64,000 nt of DNA from an uncultured Candidatus Rokubacteria bacterium. GTDB lineage: Bacteria > Methylomirabilota > Methylomirabilia > Rokubacteriales > DASRDR01. Position 1 is the first letter of the stretch. Each line of letters opens with the position of its first letter. The DNA lies in the NCBI GenBank assembly GCA_963708025.1, contig CAVPSB010000034.1, positions 166,440-230,439 on the forward strand, read 5' to 3'. A program made the translations under genes and the position numbers. The notes under the pieces were generated by a model, which was not told the DNA's origin, made no database searches, and worked only from the letters and a program-made list of their open reading frames with translations. Positions 10,749 to 23,977 of the stretch are shown here, in pieces.

Positions 10749-10770
10749 CGAGCGCTCTCGGGAGGACCGG

Positions 10771-11742
10771 CTACGGGACCAGGAGGACCTTGCCGATCGT
10801 GCGGCGGCCGGCCAGGTGGGCGTGGGCCCGGGCGACGTCGGCCATCGGGAAGGCGCGGTCGACGATGGGCTTGAGTCGGCCGGCGGCGACGAGCTGGATG
10901 ATCTCGATGAAGGCCTCGGCGTGCATGTCGGGCCGCCACGGTCGGCGACCCAGGTGCAGCCCAAGCACCGAGAGGTTGCGGGTGAGGATCACGTCGCCAC
11001 TCACGGCCCCCGGCTCGCCCGACGCCCGGCCGTAGATCACCAGGCGGCCCCCCGGGGCGAGCGCCATCGCGCTCTGGGCCAGGACCTCGCCTCCCACGCA
11101 CTCCAGCACGACGTCAACGCCACGGTTCTCGGTCCGGGCCAGCACCGCGGTCACGAAGTTCTCCCGCGCGTAGTTGATCGTCTCGTCGGCGCCGAGCGCC
11201 CGCACCGCCTCGAGCTTCTCGTCGGTGGAGGCGGTCGCGAAGACGCGGGCGCCCCAGAGCTTCGCGAGCTGGACGGCCAGCGTCCCCACGCCGCTGGCGG
11301 CGGCGTGGATCAGGACCGACTCGCCGGGCTGGAGCGCGGCGCCGGTCTTGAGCAGGTGATAGGCCGTGAGGGACGCCAGCGGGAGCGCGGCCGCCGCCTC
11401 GAAGGAGTAGCCCGGCGGCATGGGGTAGACGAGGGGCTCCGGCGCCGCGACGTACTCGGCCTGGCAGCGCTGGCCGAGCATCGTCATGACGCGGTCGCCC
11501 GGCCGGGGTCCCTGGACCTCGGCGCCGACGCGCTCGACGGTGCCGGCCGCCTCCACCCCTTCGTGGTGGGGGAGCGGGAGCTTGGGGTTGTAGGTGCCGG
11601 CCCGGCGCATCACGTCCGAGAAGTTGACGCCGGCGGCGGCCACGCGGATCAGGACGTCGCCCGGCCCCACCTCGGGATCGGGGACGTCCTCGTACGCGAG
11701 CACCTCCGGCCCGCCGAAGCGGTGATAGCGCACCGCCTTCAC
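10771..11742 (-). CDS. NADPH:quinone oxidoreductase (MDR/zeta-crystallin family)
   Basis: GGPEVL, AAGVNFSD, HAAASGVG, GKVLL. Confidence 0.9.
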   Translation of the reverse strand: MKAVRYHRFGGPEVLAYEDVPDPEVGPGDVLIRVAAAGVNFSDVMRRAGTYNPKLPLPHHEGVEAAGTVERVGAEVQGPRPGDRVMTMLGQRCQAEYVAAPEPLVYPMPPGYSFEAAAALPLASLTAYHLLKTGAALQPGESVLIHAAASGVGTLAVQLAKLWGARVFATASTDEKLEAVRALGADETINYARENFVTAVLARTENRGVDVVLECVGGEVLAQSAMALAPGGRLVIYGRASGEPGAVSGDVILTRNLSVLGLHLGRRPWRPDMHAEAFIEIIQLVAAGRLKPIVDRAFPMADVARAHAHLAGRRTIGKVLLVP

Positions 11743-11990
11743 GGTGCGCCTCCCGGCTCGGGGGTGAACCAGCCCTCCAGCGCCTCGTCGTAGTAGAGCG
11801 TCATCTCCTCGCTGGTCGCCAGGCGGACCCGGAACCAGCGCCGGTAGCCGCCGCCGGGCTCCGCGCCCGCCTCGATCCACCCCCAGAGCACGTCGGTGAC
11901 GGCGACGGCGCTCTCGCCGCGCCAGATGCCGCAAGGGCGCTCGTTGCCCCGGCCCCCGGCGTACGCGAGCACGCGAATCGGGTGATCCAT
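11739..11990 (-). CDS. Small hypothetical protein
   Basis: ATG 11990; overlaps next start; RRWFRVR..LYYD pattern; sits in operon. Confidence 0.6.
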   Translation of the reverse strand: MDHPIRVLAYAGGRGNERPCGIWRGESAVAVTDVLWGWIEAGAEPGGGYRRWFRVRLATSEEMTLYYDEALEGWFTPEPGGAP

Positions 11991-11997
11991 CGACTTC

Positions 11998-12300
11998 CTA
12001 GACGTTGACGTAGATGTCGCCGCCTTCAACCCGCGCCGGGAACGAGCCCACCTTGACGGCGGGGTTCGCCGCGTTGGCGCCTGTCCGCACGTCCCAGCTC
12101 CAGCCGTGCCACGGGCAGGTCACGATCGTGCCGTCGAGGTCGCCTTCACCCAGCGGCCCGCCCCGGTGGAGGCAGGTGTTCTCGATCGCGTAGAAGGTGC
12201 CGTCACAGTTGAAGACGGCCAGCGTCCGGCCCTCGGCCTCGATGACCTTCCCCTGGCCGCGTGGAATTTCGCTCGCCTCGGCCACCTTGCACTTCGCCAT
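11998..12300 (-). CDS. Rieske 2Fe-2S ferredoxin
   Basis: CLHRGGPL and CPWHG boxes. Confidence 0.93.
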   Translation of the reverse strand: MAKCKVAEASEIPRGQGKVIEAEGRTLAVFNCDGTFYAIENTCLHRGGPLGEGDLDGTIVTCPWHGWSWDVRTGANAANPAVKVGSFPARVEGGDIYVNV

Positions 12301-12350
12301 GTGGGTCTCCCTTCGCCTTTGTTCGGAACCTCCCGCCTACCCGATCCTTC

Positions 12351-12420
12351 GACGGCCTTCGGCCCCTGGCCCCCTCCTCCATCGTCCGACGGCCTTCGGC
12401 CTTTGGCGGGGGGGAGGGGG
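12351..12420. repeat. REP-like intergenic palindrome
   Basis: CCCCTCCTCC...GGGGGAGGGGG arms; GACGGCCTTCGGCC occurs twice; related to the hairpin at 31587-31620. Confidence 0.5.
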
Positions 12421-12451
12421 GAGTCGGAGGCCGCGGTTGCCTCACACGCTC

Positions 12452-13600
12452 TCACTCCCTGAGGAGCTGGCGCGCGATGATGAGCCGCTGGATCTCCGAG
12501 GTGCCCTCGTAGATCCGGGGGGCGCGGGCCTCCCGGTAGAGCCGCTCGATGGGCGAGCCCCGGACCACGCCCAGGCCTCCGTGGATCTGGACCGCCTGGT
12601 CGATCACCCGGTGCGCCATCTCGGTGGCGAAGAGCTTGGCCATCGACGACTCGAGCGTGACCCGCGCCGCGCCCGCGTCCTTGAGCCGCGCCGCCGAGTA
12701 GACCAGCAGGCGCGCCGCCCGCAACTCGGTCGCCATGTCGGCGAGCTTCGCCTGGATGAGCTGGAACTGGGCGAGCGGCTGGCCGAACTGGGTGCGCCGC
12801 CGCGCGTGCGCCAGCGCGAGGTCGAGGCCGGCCTGGGCCAGGCCCACGGCCTGGGCCCCGACCGAGGCCCGGAAGACGTCGAGCGTCGCCATCGCCACCC
12901 GCCAGCCCTCGTGCTCGGCGCCGAGGAGGCTGCCGGCCGCCAGACGGCAGTCGTCGAAGGTCAGCTCGCCGATGACGTGCGGGGCCAGCGTGTGCATGAC
13001 GGCGCCGGAGAGCCCGGGCGCCTCCCGCGGCACGATGAACGCCGAGATGCCCTTCGCCCCGCGCTCGGGCGCCGTCTTGGCGAAGACGACGTAGAGGTCG
13101 GCCGCCGGCGCGTTCGAGATGAAGTGCTTCCGGCCGGTCAGCCGCCAGCCGTCGCCCCGGCGCTCGGCGCGCGTGGCCAGCGCCGCCGCGTCGGAGCCGG
13201 CCTCCGGCTCGGTGAGGGCGAACGCGGGGACCTGCTCGCCGCGGGCCAGCGGGGGCAGGTGGGCCGTCTTCTGGGCCTCGGTGCCGGCCAGCAGGATCGG
13301 GTAGCTGCCGAGGCCCTGGATGGCGAACAGCTCCTCGGCGGCGGGACAGGTCCGGGCCAGCTCCTCGCGGACCAGGCAGAGCGTCATGGAGCGGAACGGG
13401 CCCTCGAGCGCGCCGCCGTAGGCCGTCGGAACGAGGAGTGGGAAGAGCCCTTCCTTGCCGAGCGCGCGGGCCAGGTCCCGGTTCAGGTCGTCCCGCTCGC
13501 CCCAGGCGTCCGCGATCGGCCGCAGCGCCTCGGCGCCGGCGCGCGCGACGACGGCCCGGAGCTCTCGCTCCTCGACGGTCAGCTCGAGCGTCATGGTCAC
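12452..13600 (-). CDS. Acyl-CoA dehydrogenase
   Basis: AFALTEPEAGSD, RTQFG, QIHGGLG, IYEGTSEIQ. Confidence 0.95.
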   Translation of the reverse strand: MTMTLELTVEERELRAVVARAGAEALRPIADAWGERDDLNRDLARALGKEGLFPLLVPTAYGGALEGPFRSMTLCLVREELARTCPAAEELFAIQGLGSYPILLAGTEAQKTAHLPPLARGEQVPAFALTEPEAGSDAAALATRAERRGDGWRLTGRKHFISNAPAADLYVVFAKTAPERGAKGISAFIVPREAPGLSGAVMHTLAPHVIGELTFDDCRLAAGSLLGAEHEGWRVAMATLDVFRASVGAQAVGLAQAGLDLALAHARRRTQFGQPLAQFQLIQAKLADMATELRAARLLVYSAARLKDAGAARVTLESSMAKLFATEMAHRVIDQAVQIHGGLGVVRGSPIERLYREARAPRIYEGTSEIQRLIIARQLLRE

Positions 13601-14907
13601 GACGGCCCGGCGGGGAGGAGGCTCTTGACGAAGGCGAGCTTGCCGCTCTCGATCCTGAACACCGCGAGCGGGCGCGCCAGCGCGCCGTCCCCTCGCAGCG
13701 TGAGCGGCCCGCCGTAGACGGACGGGACGTCGCGCAGGCCGGCCAGCGTCTCCCGGAGCCGCGCTCCTCCCAGTGTGCCGCGTCCCTCGCCGGCCGCCGC
13801 GCGGATGCCGGCCGCCACCAGCATGACGGCGTCGTAGGCGCTGGCGGCGTAGCGCGACGGCCCGTCACCGAACTTCTTCTTGTAGGCCTCGGCGAAGCGC
13901 TCGGACCGCGCCCCCGCCTGGGGGGCGAAGGCATCGCTGACGACGATCGCCCCCTTGAGCGCCGGGCCGCCGGCCAGGCGGACCGCCGGGTCGTCGTCCA
14001 GCAGGTACAGCCCGCCCTGGTAGCCCCCCTCGCGGAGCCGCGCCGCCAGGTCGCCGAGGTCCATCCCGCGGAAGCCGAGCACGAGGGCCTCCGGAGCCTG
14101 CCGGGTGATCTGGCGGATCCGCGACGCGAGGTCGGAGGCCTCCAGCGAGAGGCTCTCCTCGACCGCGAGGCTGGCGCCCCGCTCGCGCCAGCGGGCCGAG
14201 ACGGCGGCCCGCACCGCCTTGCCGAACTCGTCCCCGCCCGCCAGGAGCCCGAGCCGTTGGACCTTCTGCTCCGCGGCGTGCGCCAGCAGGGTGTCCACGT
14301 GCGTGGCCATCGAGGGCCGGGTGTGGACGAGCACGCGGCTCGTGGCGGGGAACCGCCCGGTGACGATGCCCTGGTGGACGACCAGGAGGTTGCGGGTCGA
14401 GGCCAGCGGATAGATCGCCAGCGTCGGCGTCGCCGAGGCGGTGAACACCACGACGACCCCCATCCCGGCCAGCCGGGTGAACTCGTCCGTGGCCTTCTTG
14501 CCGTCCAGCGGCTGGACGTCGGCGGCCTCGAGGGTGAACGTGACGCCGGTGGGGGACGGCTCTTCCTCGGCGGCCCGCCGGGCGATCTCCACGGCCTCCT
14601 CTTCCCGGGCGCGGGCGAGGGGGGAAACCGCCGGCCGCTTGGGGCCGAGGTCCGCGATGGCCAGCTCGATGCCCTGGCGGATCTCCTTGCCGAACCAGGC
14701 GCCGGACCCGGTGAGCGGGAGCAGGGCCCCGAGGCGGAGCACCGGGACGGGAGGCTTGGCCTCGGGCGGCGGGCTCTCGTCACGAGGCGCCGCCGGCGCG
14801 CTCGCCCCGGGCAGGGGCTTGAGGTGACCCGGGCTCTGGGGGAGCGCGGGCGAGGCCAGCGAGAGGAGGACGAGCCCGGCGACGGCGAGCCGACCGATCA
14901 CCCGCAT
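13597..14907 (-). CDS. Branched-chain amino acid-type ABC substrate-binding protein
   Basis: Signal peptide; LGALLPLTGSGAWFG; FAEAYKKKFG; SAYDAV. Confidence 0.85.
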   Translation of the reverse strand: MRVIGRLAVAGLVLLSLASPALPQSPGHLKPLPGASAPAAPRDESPPPEAKPPVPVLRLGALLPLTGSGAWFGKEIRQGIELAIADLGPKRPAVSPLARAREEEAVEIARRAAEEEPSPTGVTFTLEAADVQPLDGKKATDEFTRLAGMGVVVVFTASATPTLAIYPLASTRNLLVVHQGIVTGRFPATSRVLVHTRPSMATHVDTLLAHAAEQKVQRLGLLAGGDEFGKAVRAAVSARWRERGASLAVEESLSLEASDLASRIRQITRQAPEALVLGFRGMDLGDLAARLREGGYQGGLYLLDDDPAVRLAGGPALKGAIVVSDAFAPQAGARSERFAEAYKKKFGDGPSRYAASAYDAVMLVAAGIRAAAGEGRGTLGGARLRETLAGLRDVPSVYGGPLTLRGDGALARPLAVFRIESGKLAFVKSLLPAGPS

Positions 14908-15018
14908 GTTCGGGTGAATTGTACCCCAGCCGCGCCGCGGTGACCGCCGAACGCGCACGGGCGCCGCCCCGTGGGGGAGCGGCGCCCGTGCTGGGGTCCC
15001 CGGCGCGGGCCGGTCGGA

Positions 15019-16525
<1,507 letters not shown>

Positions 16526-16553
16526 TGACACTCCTTTCAAGCCGGAGGGAACC

Positions 16554-17237
<684 letters not shown>

Positions 17238-17329
17238 CTAGGCTCGATCATCGCCGGTCGAGGCGCGCTGCCGCGGCCCCTTCCCGCGGGGAGCGGCAGG
17301 AAAGGGGTGTCGGGAAAAGGAGTGCCGCG

Positions 17330-19024
17330 GTGGGTGTCAGAAAGTGGTTCTTGGATCGGCCCATCAGAACCAAGCTCCTCATCGGATTCGTTGCGGTCAC
17401 CGCGGCGATCACCGTGATCTGCCTCGGCAGGCTCCGACAGACCGGGCAGACCCTTGCGACCTTCCAGGAGGCCTACCGAGGTCAGGCCCTGTCGCTGGGC
17501 GCCCTCGCCGAGTCGGTGCGCGCCATGTCCAGGGCTCAGGACCTTGCGGTCGAGCATGCCCTCGTGCAGAGCCCGGGCCGGATGCGGGAGATCGAAAGCG
17601 AGATCAGGAGCCTCGACGCCAGGGTGGACGAGGGGATCGGCTCCTTCGAAAGGACCCTCCTGAGCCCCGAGGAGCGATCGGCGCTCGCCCGGTTCAAGCA
17701 GGCCCTCACGGGATATCGCGGAGGGCGACGCGACGAGGCCCTGCGCTTCAGCGACGGCGGCAGAAAGGCCGAGGCGATGACGGCTCTCGGTCAAGCGGCT
17801 CAGCAGCTGCGGGCGACCGATGAGGCGATGAACGAGCTGCTGGCCATCAGGGTGAATGCCATCAAGGCGGGCGTCGAGGCAGGCCGCGAGGCGTACGCCG
17901 CAACCTGGCGGCTCACCGTGTTCCTGGTCCTCCTGGGGCTCGGCTTCTCGATGGTCTTGGCCCTGGTGATCGCGCGAACGGTCTGGTACCCGGTGGAAGA
18001 GATGGTGAAGGTCCTCGAGACGATGGAGCGGGGGGACCTCACGAAGCGCTTCAAGTGGGACACGCGGGACGAGATGGGCTGGGTCGCCTGGGTCATCAAG
18101 AAGCTCGGCGACACGATGCGCGACACGATGCGGGAGGTCGGTAGTGCGGCGACCCACGTCGCCGCCGCGTCCCAGCAGTTCTCGGCCGCGACCGAACAGT
18201 TCTCCAGCAGCGCTCACGAGCACGCGTCCAGCCTCGAGGAGACCGCCGCGTCGCTGGAGCAGCTCACGGCCACGGTCAAGCAGAACGCGGACAACGCCCG
18301 GCAGGCCAGCCAGCTCGCCGTCGGTTCCCGCGCTGTGGCCGAGCGGGGCGGCCAGGTCGTCGCGGCGGCGACGGGCGCGATGGAGGAGATCACCCACGCG
18401 TCGAGGCAGATCGCCGAGATCATCACGACGATCGATGAGATCGCCTTCCAGACGAATCTGCTGGCCTTGAACGCGGCGGTGGAGGCGGCCCGCGCCGGCG
18501 AGGAGGGTCGGGGCTTCGCGGTGGTGGCGGTCGAAGTGCGGAACCTGGCCCAGCGGGCGGCGCAGGCGGCGAGAGAGATCCGGCAGCTGATCCAGGATTC
18601 GGTCCAGAAGGTGGAGAGCGGGTCGGAGCTGGTAAACCGGTCAGGCCAGACTCTCCACGAGATCGTCGAGTCGGTCAAGCGCGTGGCGGCGATCATCGGT
18701 GAGATCTCGGCCACCTCCCAGGAGCAAGCCACCGGGATCGAGCAGGTGAACCGGGCGGTGAGCCAGATGGAGCAGGCGGTGCAGCGGGAGGCGGCTTCGG
18801 CTCACGAGCTGTCGGAGACGGCTCACGGCCTGAGCCAGGATGCGACCCACCTTCGGGCCCTGGTGGCTCGGTTCAAGCTGGGGCAGGAGAGCCCGGCCCC
18901 CAAACCGGGGGCCTGGTCCCCGAGCCGGCCCGACGCCACGACGCCGCCGGAGCCAGCGGCGACGGTCACGCCGAGGGGTGAGCCCTCGATCCGGGCTCGG
19001 GCGGGAGCGGGCCCGGGGCGCTGA
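17330..19024 (+). CDS. Methyl-accepting chemotaxis protein (4HB sensor, HAMP, signalling domain)
   Basis: Two TM segments; [39 protein letters not shown] before GTG 17330. Confidence 0.93.
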   Translation: MGVRKWFLDRPIRTKLLIGFVAVTAAITVICLGRLRQTGQTLATFQEAYRGQALSLGALAESVRAMSRAQDLAVEHALVQSPGRMREIESEIRSLDARVDEGIGSFERTLLSPEERSALARFKQALTGYRGGRRDEALRFSDGGRKAEAMTALGQAAQQLRATDEAMNELLAIRVNAIKAGVEAGREAYAATWRLTVFLVLLGLGFSMVLALVIARTVWYPVEEMVKVLETMERGDLTKRFKWDTRDEMGWVAWVIKKLGDTMRDTMREVGSAATHVAAASQQFSAATEQFSSSAHEHASSLEETAASLEQLTATVKQNADNARQASQLAVGSRAVAERGGQVVAAATGAMEEITHASRQIAEIITTIDEIAFQTNLLALNAAVEAARAGEEGRGFAVVAVEVRNLAQRAAQAAREIRQLIQDSVQKVESGSELVNRSGQTLHEIVESVKRVAAIIGEISATSQEQATGIEQVNRAVSQMEQAVQREAASAHELSETAHGLSQDATHLRALVARFKLGQESPAPKPGAWSPSRPDATTPPEPAATVTPRGEPSIRARAGAGPGR

Positions 19025-19045
19025 CCGGTCGCGCGGCTCGGGGGG

Positions 19046-21776
19046 TCACACGCTCTCGAAGCGACCCCGGGGACCGAACCGCGCGACCTCGGCACCGGTC
19101 GGCACCCGCTCGACCCGGACCGCGCAGACCTTGTACTCGGGGATCTTGGAATCCGGGTCATGGGCGGAGTTCGTCAGGAAGTTGGCCGCGGAGTCGGCCA
19201 GCTTGACGAACGGGATGAAGAGCTCGCCGGCCCGGACGGCGTCGGTGAGCCAGGCGAGCCCCTCCAGCTCCCCGCGGCGGGAGAGGACCCGCACGGGGTC
19301 GCCGTCCTTCACCCGGAGCCGGCGGGCGTCCGCCGGGTGGATCGACACCTGGAGGTGCGGGGCGAGCTGGAGGAGGCCCTCGACGCGCCGGGTGATGGTG
19401 CCGCCGTGCCAGTGGTACAAGAGCCGTCCGGTGTTGAGGATGAAGGGATAGTCGGGGTCGGGGAGCTCCGCGGCCTGCGGGCCCTGGCTCACCGGGACGA
19501 ACTTTCCCTTGCCGCGCGGGAAGGACTCCGCGTAGAGGAAGCGCGTCCCCGGATGGTCGGGCGCCGGGCACGGCCACTGGATCCCGCCCTCACGATCCAG
19601 CCGCGCGTGGGAGATCCCGCCGAGCGCGGGCACCAGGGCCGCCATCTCGTCGAAGATCGCGGTGGGTCCGCTCCAGTCGAAGCCGTCGGCCGGGCGCCCG
19701 AGTCGTCGCGCCACCCGCCGGGCCAGCTCCGCGGTGATCCACCAGTCGGGGCGGGTCTCGCCCGGCGGGTCCACGATCCGTCGCACCCGCTGGACGCGCC
19801 GCTCCGAGTTGGTGAAGGTCCCCTCCTTCTCGGCGAACGCCGCCGCCGGCAGGAAGACGTGGGCCAGCTCGGAGGTCTCGTGGAGGAAGAGGTCCTGGAC
19901 GACCAGGCAGTCGAGCTGCTCGAACGCCTTCCGGGCGTGGTTCAGATCGGGCTCGGAGAGGAGCGGGTTCTCCCCGACGACGTACATCGCGCGGATCTGA
20001 CCCGTCAGGCAGCCCTCCACCATCTCGGTCACGACGAGGCCCGGCTCGGCCGGCGGCCGGACGCCCCAGGCGCGCTCGAACTTCGCCAGCGACTCCGGCC
20101 CGAAGTTCTGGTAGCCGGGCAGGTTCGTCGGGATGCAGCCGGCGTCCCCGCAGCCCTGGACGTTGTTCTGGCCCCGCAGCGGCGAGATCCCCGCGCCCGG
20201 CCGGCCGAGCTGGCCGGTGAGGAGCGAGAGGTTCAGCAGCGCGTGGGCGTTGGCGGTGCCGTTGGTGTGCTGGGTGACGCCCATGCCCCAGATCAGGCAC
20301 GAGCCGGAGAACGGGGGTCGCGCGTACCAGCGGGCCGCCTGCACGATGTCGGCGGCCGGCACCCCGGTCATGCGCTCGGCGACCTCCGGCGTGTAGGGCT
20401 CCACCGCCGCCCGCCACGCCTCGAAGCTCTCGGTCCGGTCCCGCGACGAACTCGCGGTCCCACAGCCCCTCGTCGAGGATCACCCGGGCCATGCGCTGAA
20501 CAGCGCGACGTCGGTCCCCGGCCGCTGGCGGATCCAGATGTCCGCGTAGTCGCAGAGCTCGATCCGCTTGGGGTTGGCGACGACGAGCCTGGCGCCGCGG
20601 GCCACCGCCCGCCGGAACCGGACCGCGATGACCGGGTGGTTGGCGCTGGCGTCGGCGCCGACGACGAAGAGGCAGCCGGCCTCCTCGTAGTCCACGTAGG
20701 AGTTCGACGTGGCGCCGGAGCCCATCGAGACCAGCATGGCCTCCACCGAGGGCGAGTGGCAGAGGCGCGTGCAGTGGTCGACGTTGTTCGTGTCCATCAC
20801 CACCCGGCAGAGCTTCTGGATGGCGTAGCCGTCCTCGTTGGTGGCCTTGGCCGAGGCCAGCGCCCCGAAGCGCGCCGCGGTTCCGGACCAGCCCGTCCGC
20901 CGCGGCGTCGAGCGCCTCGTCCCAGGACACCGGCTCCCATCCGGCCCCGCGCCGGACCATCGGGCGGAGGACGCGGTCGCGCGCGTGGACGAAGCCGGTG
21001 CCGAAGCGCCCCTTGACGCACAGCATGCCCTGGCTCGAGCCGTTCGCCGGCACGTCGTCGGTCATCACCGCCAGGCGCCGGTCCTCCCGCACGGAGGCGA
21101 CGATCCCGCAGCCGACGCCGCAGTAGGGGCAGGTGGTCTCGACGCGCCGGGTGACCCGGGCCGGCGTCTCCTTGGGCCGGAGCGCGCCGGTCGGACAGGT
21201 CGCCACGCACTGGCCGCACGAGGTGCAGATCGAGTCGGCCATCAGGCCGTCCCCGAAGACGCCGACCCGCTCGGCGTGGCCCTTGCCGATCAGGCTGATG
21301 GCGCCGATCCGCTGCACGTCGTCGCAGGCGGTGGTGCAGCGGCCGCAGAGGATGCAGGCCTCGCGGTCGAGGACGAAGAACGACTTCGAGTCGTCCACCG
21401 GGGAGCGGTGGAGCGGGGCGTGGGAGGCGCCCGGGAGCCCGTGGCGGGCGCAGGCCTCGCCGAGCTGGCCGAACCCGTCGCGGCCGTCACCCGGCGTCAG
21501 CATCGAGAGCGTGAGGTCCAGGACCGCCCGGCGGAGGCGGGTGACGTCGGGGGTGTCGGTCCGCACGACCATGCCGTCGCGCGCCGGCAGGTGGCACGAG
21601 GCCGGGAAGCCCCGCTGGCCCTCGACCTGGACCAGGCAGGTCCGGCACGCCCCGAGCGGCGCGCGATCGGGGTCCTTGCAGAGCTGGGGCAGCGGCAGGC
21701 CGAGCCGGTTGACCGCGTCGAGGACGGTGGCGCCCCCGTCGACCTCCACGGCCCGGCCGTCGATGGTCAGGCGCAT
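19046..21776 (-). CDS. fdhF: Formate dehydrogenase alpha subunit, Cys-type (frameshifts near 20875, 20495, 20440)
   Basis: N-terminal 2Fe-2S, two 4Fe-4S motifs, CPYCGVGC, NNVDHCTRLCHSPS, PLRGQNNVQG, TNSERRVQ, KIPEYKVCAV. Confidence 0.92.
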
Positions 21777-21780
21777 GGCT

Positions 21781-23783
21781 CTACTGTACCCCGAAGGCCC
21801 CCGGGAAGTGCTCGAGGGCCGACCGGACCGAGAGCGGGGCGGCCTGGCCCAGGCCGCAGAGCGAGGCGAGCTGGACGACCTCCCCCAGCTCGCGGAGGAG
21901 CGGGACCTCGGCATCGCCGCCCGTGCCGGCCGCGAGGCCGTCGAGCGCCGCGAGCATCCGCGCGGTCCCCTCCCGGCACGGCGTGCACTTCCCGCACGAC
22001 TCCTTCGCGTTGAAGGCCATCAGCACCCGGACGATCTCGAGCACCGGGACCGAGTCGTCGAGGGCCACCACGCCGCCGGTGCCGGGGGAGAGCGCCGGCC
22101 GCTCGAGCGGCTGGTCGAGGAGCGCCGGCGGGAGGATCACGCCCGAGGGGCCGCCGACGACGATCGCGCCGAGCGGCCGGCCGGTGGCGAGGCCGCCGCC
22201 GAGGCCGTGGACCAGTCGCCGGAGGGTGACGGGCGGGGCGACCTCCACGACGCCGGGCCGGGCGACGTGACCGGACAGCCCGAACAGCTTCGTCGCCGCC
22301 GCGCCCGAGTCACCGGCCACGATGAGCGGCACGGCGGCCAGGGTCTCCACGTTGTTGATGACGGTGGGGCGGCCGTACACGCCCGCCTCGACGGGAAAGG
22401 GCGGCTTGGTCCGCGGCATCGCCCGCCGCCCCTCGATGGACTCGAGGAGCGCCGTCTCCTCGCCCAGGATGAAGCCGCCGGCCCCGCGCCGGATCTCGAC
22501 GTCGAAGGCGAAGTCCGAGCCGAGGACGCGCGGGCCCAGGATGCCGGCCGCCCGCGCCGCGCCCACCGCCGCCGCGCAGCGCTCGGCCGAGAGGCCGGCC
22601 TCGCCGTGTATATAGAGGATGCCGTGGCTGGCCCCCGCCGCGTAGGCGGCGAGCAGCAGGCCCTCGAGGAGCCGGTGGGGGTCGGCCTCCATGAGGTGGC
22701 GGTCCTTGAAGATCCCCGGCTCGCCCTCCTCGCCGTTGACGACGACGTACTTCGGCGCGCCCGGCGCGGCCCGGCACCCTTCCCACTTCACCGCCGCCGG
22801 GAAGTAGGCGCCGCCCCGCCCCTGGAGCCCGGCCGCCTTCACCGCGGCGATGACGGCCTCGGGATCGCCACGCTCGAGGGCGGCGGCCAGCGTCGCGTAG
22901 CTGCCCGCCCGACGGGCGTCGGCGAGGTCCTCGGGATCGATCGCGTTCCAGCGCGCGCTGAGCCGGCGCTGCTGGCCGCCGAGCACGGGATGCGAGGCGA
23001 CCGGCGGCAGCCCGGCCACGGGGTCCGTCCGCCCAGGCGGCGCCGGTCAGCCCGTGGTCGCCGGCGCCGTCGAGGAGGCGCCGGAGCGCCGGCACGGCGG
23101 CGGGGGTCACCCGCTCGACCGTCAGCCGGGGCGCGCCGGGCCGCAGCACGTCGACGACCGGCGCGGCGTGGCAGAGGCCCGGACAGGCCCCCGCCCGGAC
23201 GTCGGCGCCGGGGAGGGCCTCGCGGAGGGCCGTGAGCGTCGCCGCCGCGCCCCGGGCGAGGCCGCAGGAGCCGGCGCCGACGAGGAGCCTGGTGCCATCG
23301 CTCCCGCGAGGGGCTGAGGCCGGGAGATGGGGTTCCGGCGCCCGGCAGGCCCGGATCACGTCGTCCGGGGTCGGCGCGCTCAGGTACCGATGATCCACCT
23401 CGACCACCGGCGCCACGCTGCACACGAAGCAGCAGTCCGTCTCCTCGAGGGTCACCGCGCCGTCCGCCGTCGTCTCCCCGGGCGCGACGCCGAGGCGCCG
23501 CAGCGAGTGCGGCGAGGAGGCCGGCGCCGCCGTTGACGCGGCACGAGACCCCGGTGCAGACGCGCACGAGGTGGGCGCCCCGGGGCGCCAGCCTCAGCTC
23601 CGGATAGTGGGTCGCGACGCCGTAGACCTCGCTCTTCGGGACCCGGAGGTGCGCGCCGACGGCGGTGAGGTCATCCGGAGAGAGCCAGCCGCGCTCGGCC
23701 TGGACGGCCTGGAGGGCGGGGAGGAGCCAGGTCCGCTCGCGAGGGAAGGGCGCGAGGACGGCGATCGACGATGCCTGGGTCAC
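21781..23783 (-). CDS. Fused NuoE-like + thioredoxin-like 2Fe-2S + NuoF-like NADH/FMN subunit of FDH (frameshifts near 23500 and 23020)
   Basis: LLPALQAVQAERGWL, CTGVSC, CCFVC; GSCG...CPGLC; GRGGAYFP, EGEPGIFKDR, GEETAL, SCGKCTPCREG. Confidence 0.85.
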
Positions 23784-23977
23784 CGAGGGTGGCTCGCGAT
23801 CATGGCTGGGGGTCCGGGCCGGTGTGTCGCGCTCATCTTAGAGGCCGTTCCGCGGCCCCGTCAAGCTCGCCACCGCGCAGGGTGACGGCGAGCGCCCACC
23901 TCCGCATCGCCACGCTGCCACGCGACTCACCGTTGACAGGCGGACGGCTCGCGTGCCACCGTGACCGTGAGGGTCCG

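Noticed and set aside
20740-20790. Selenocysteine recoding in FdhF
   Set aside because: The active-site codon is TGC (Cys) in TRLCH; there is no in-frame TGA.
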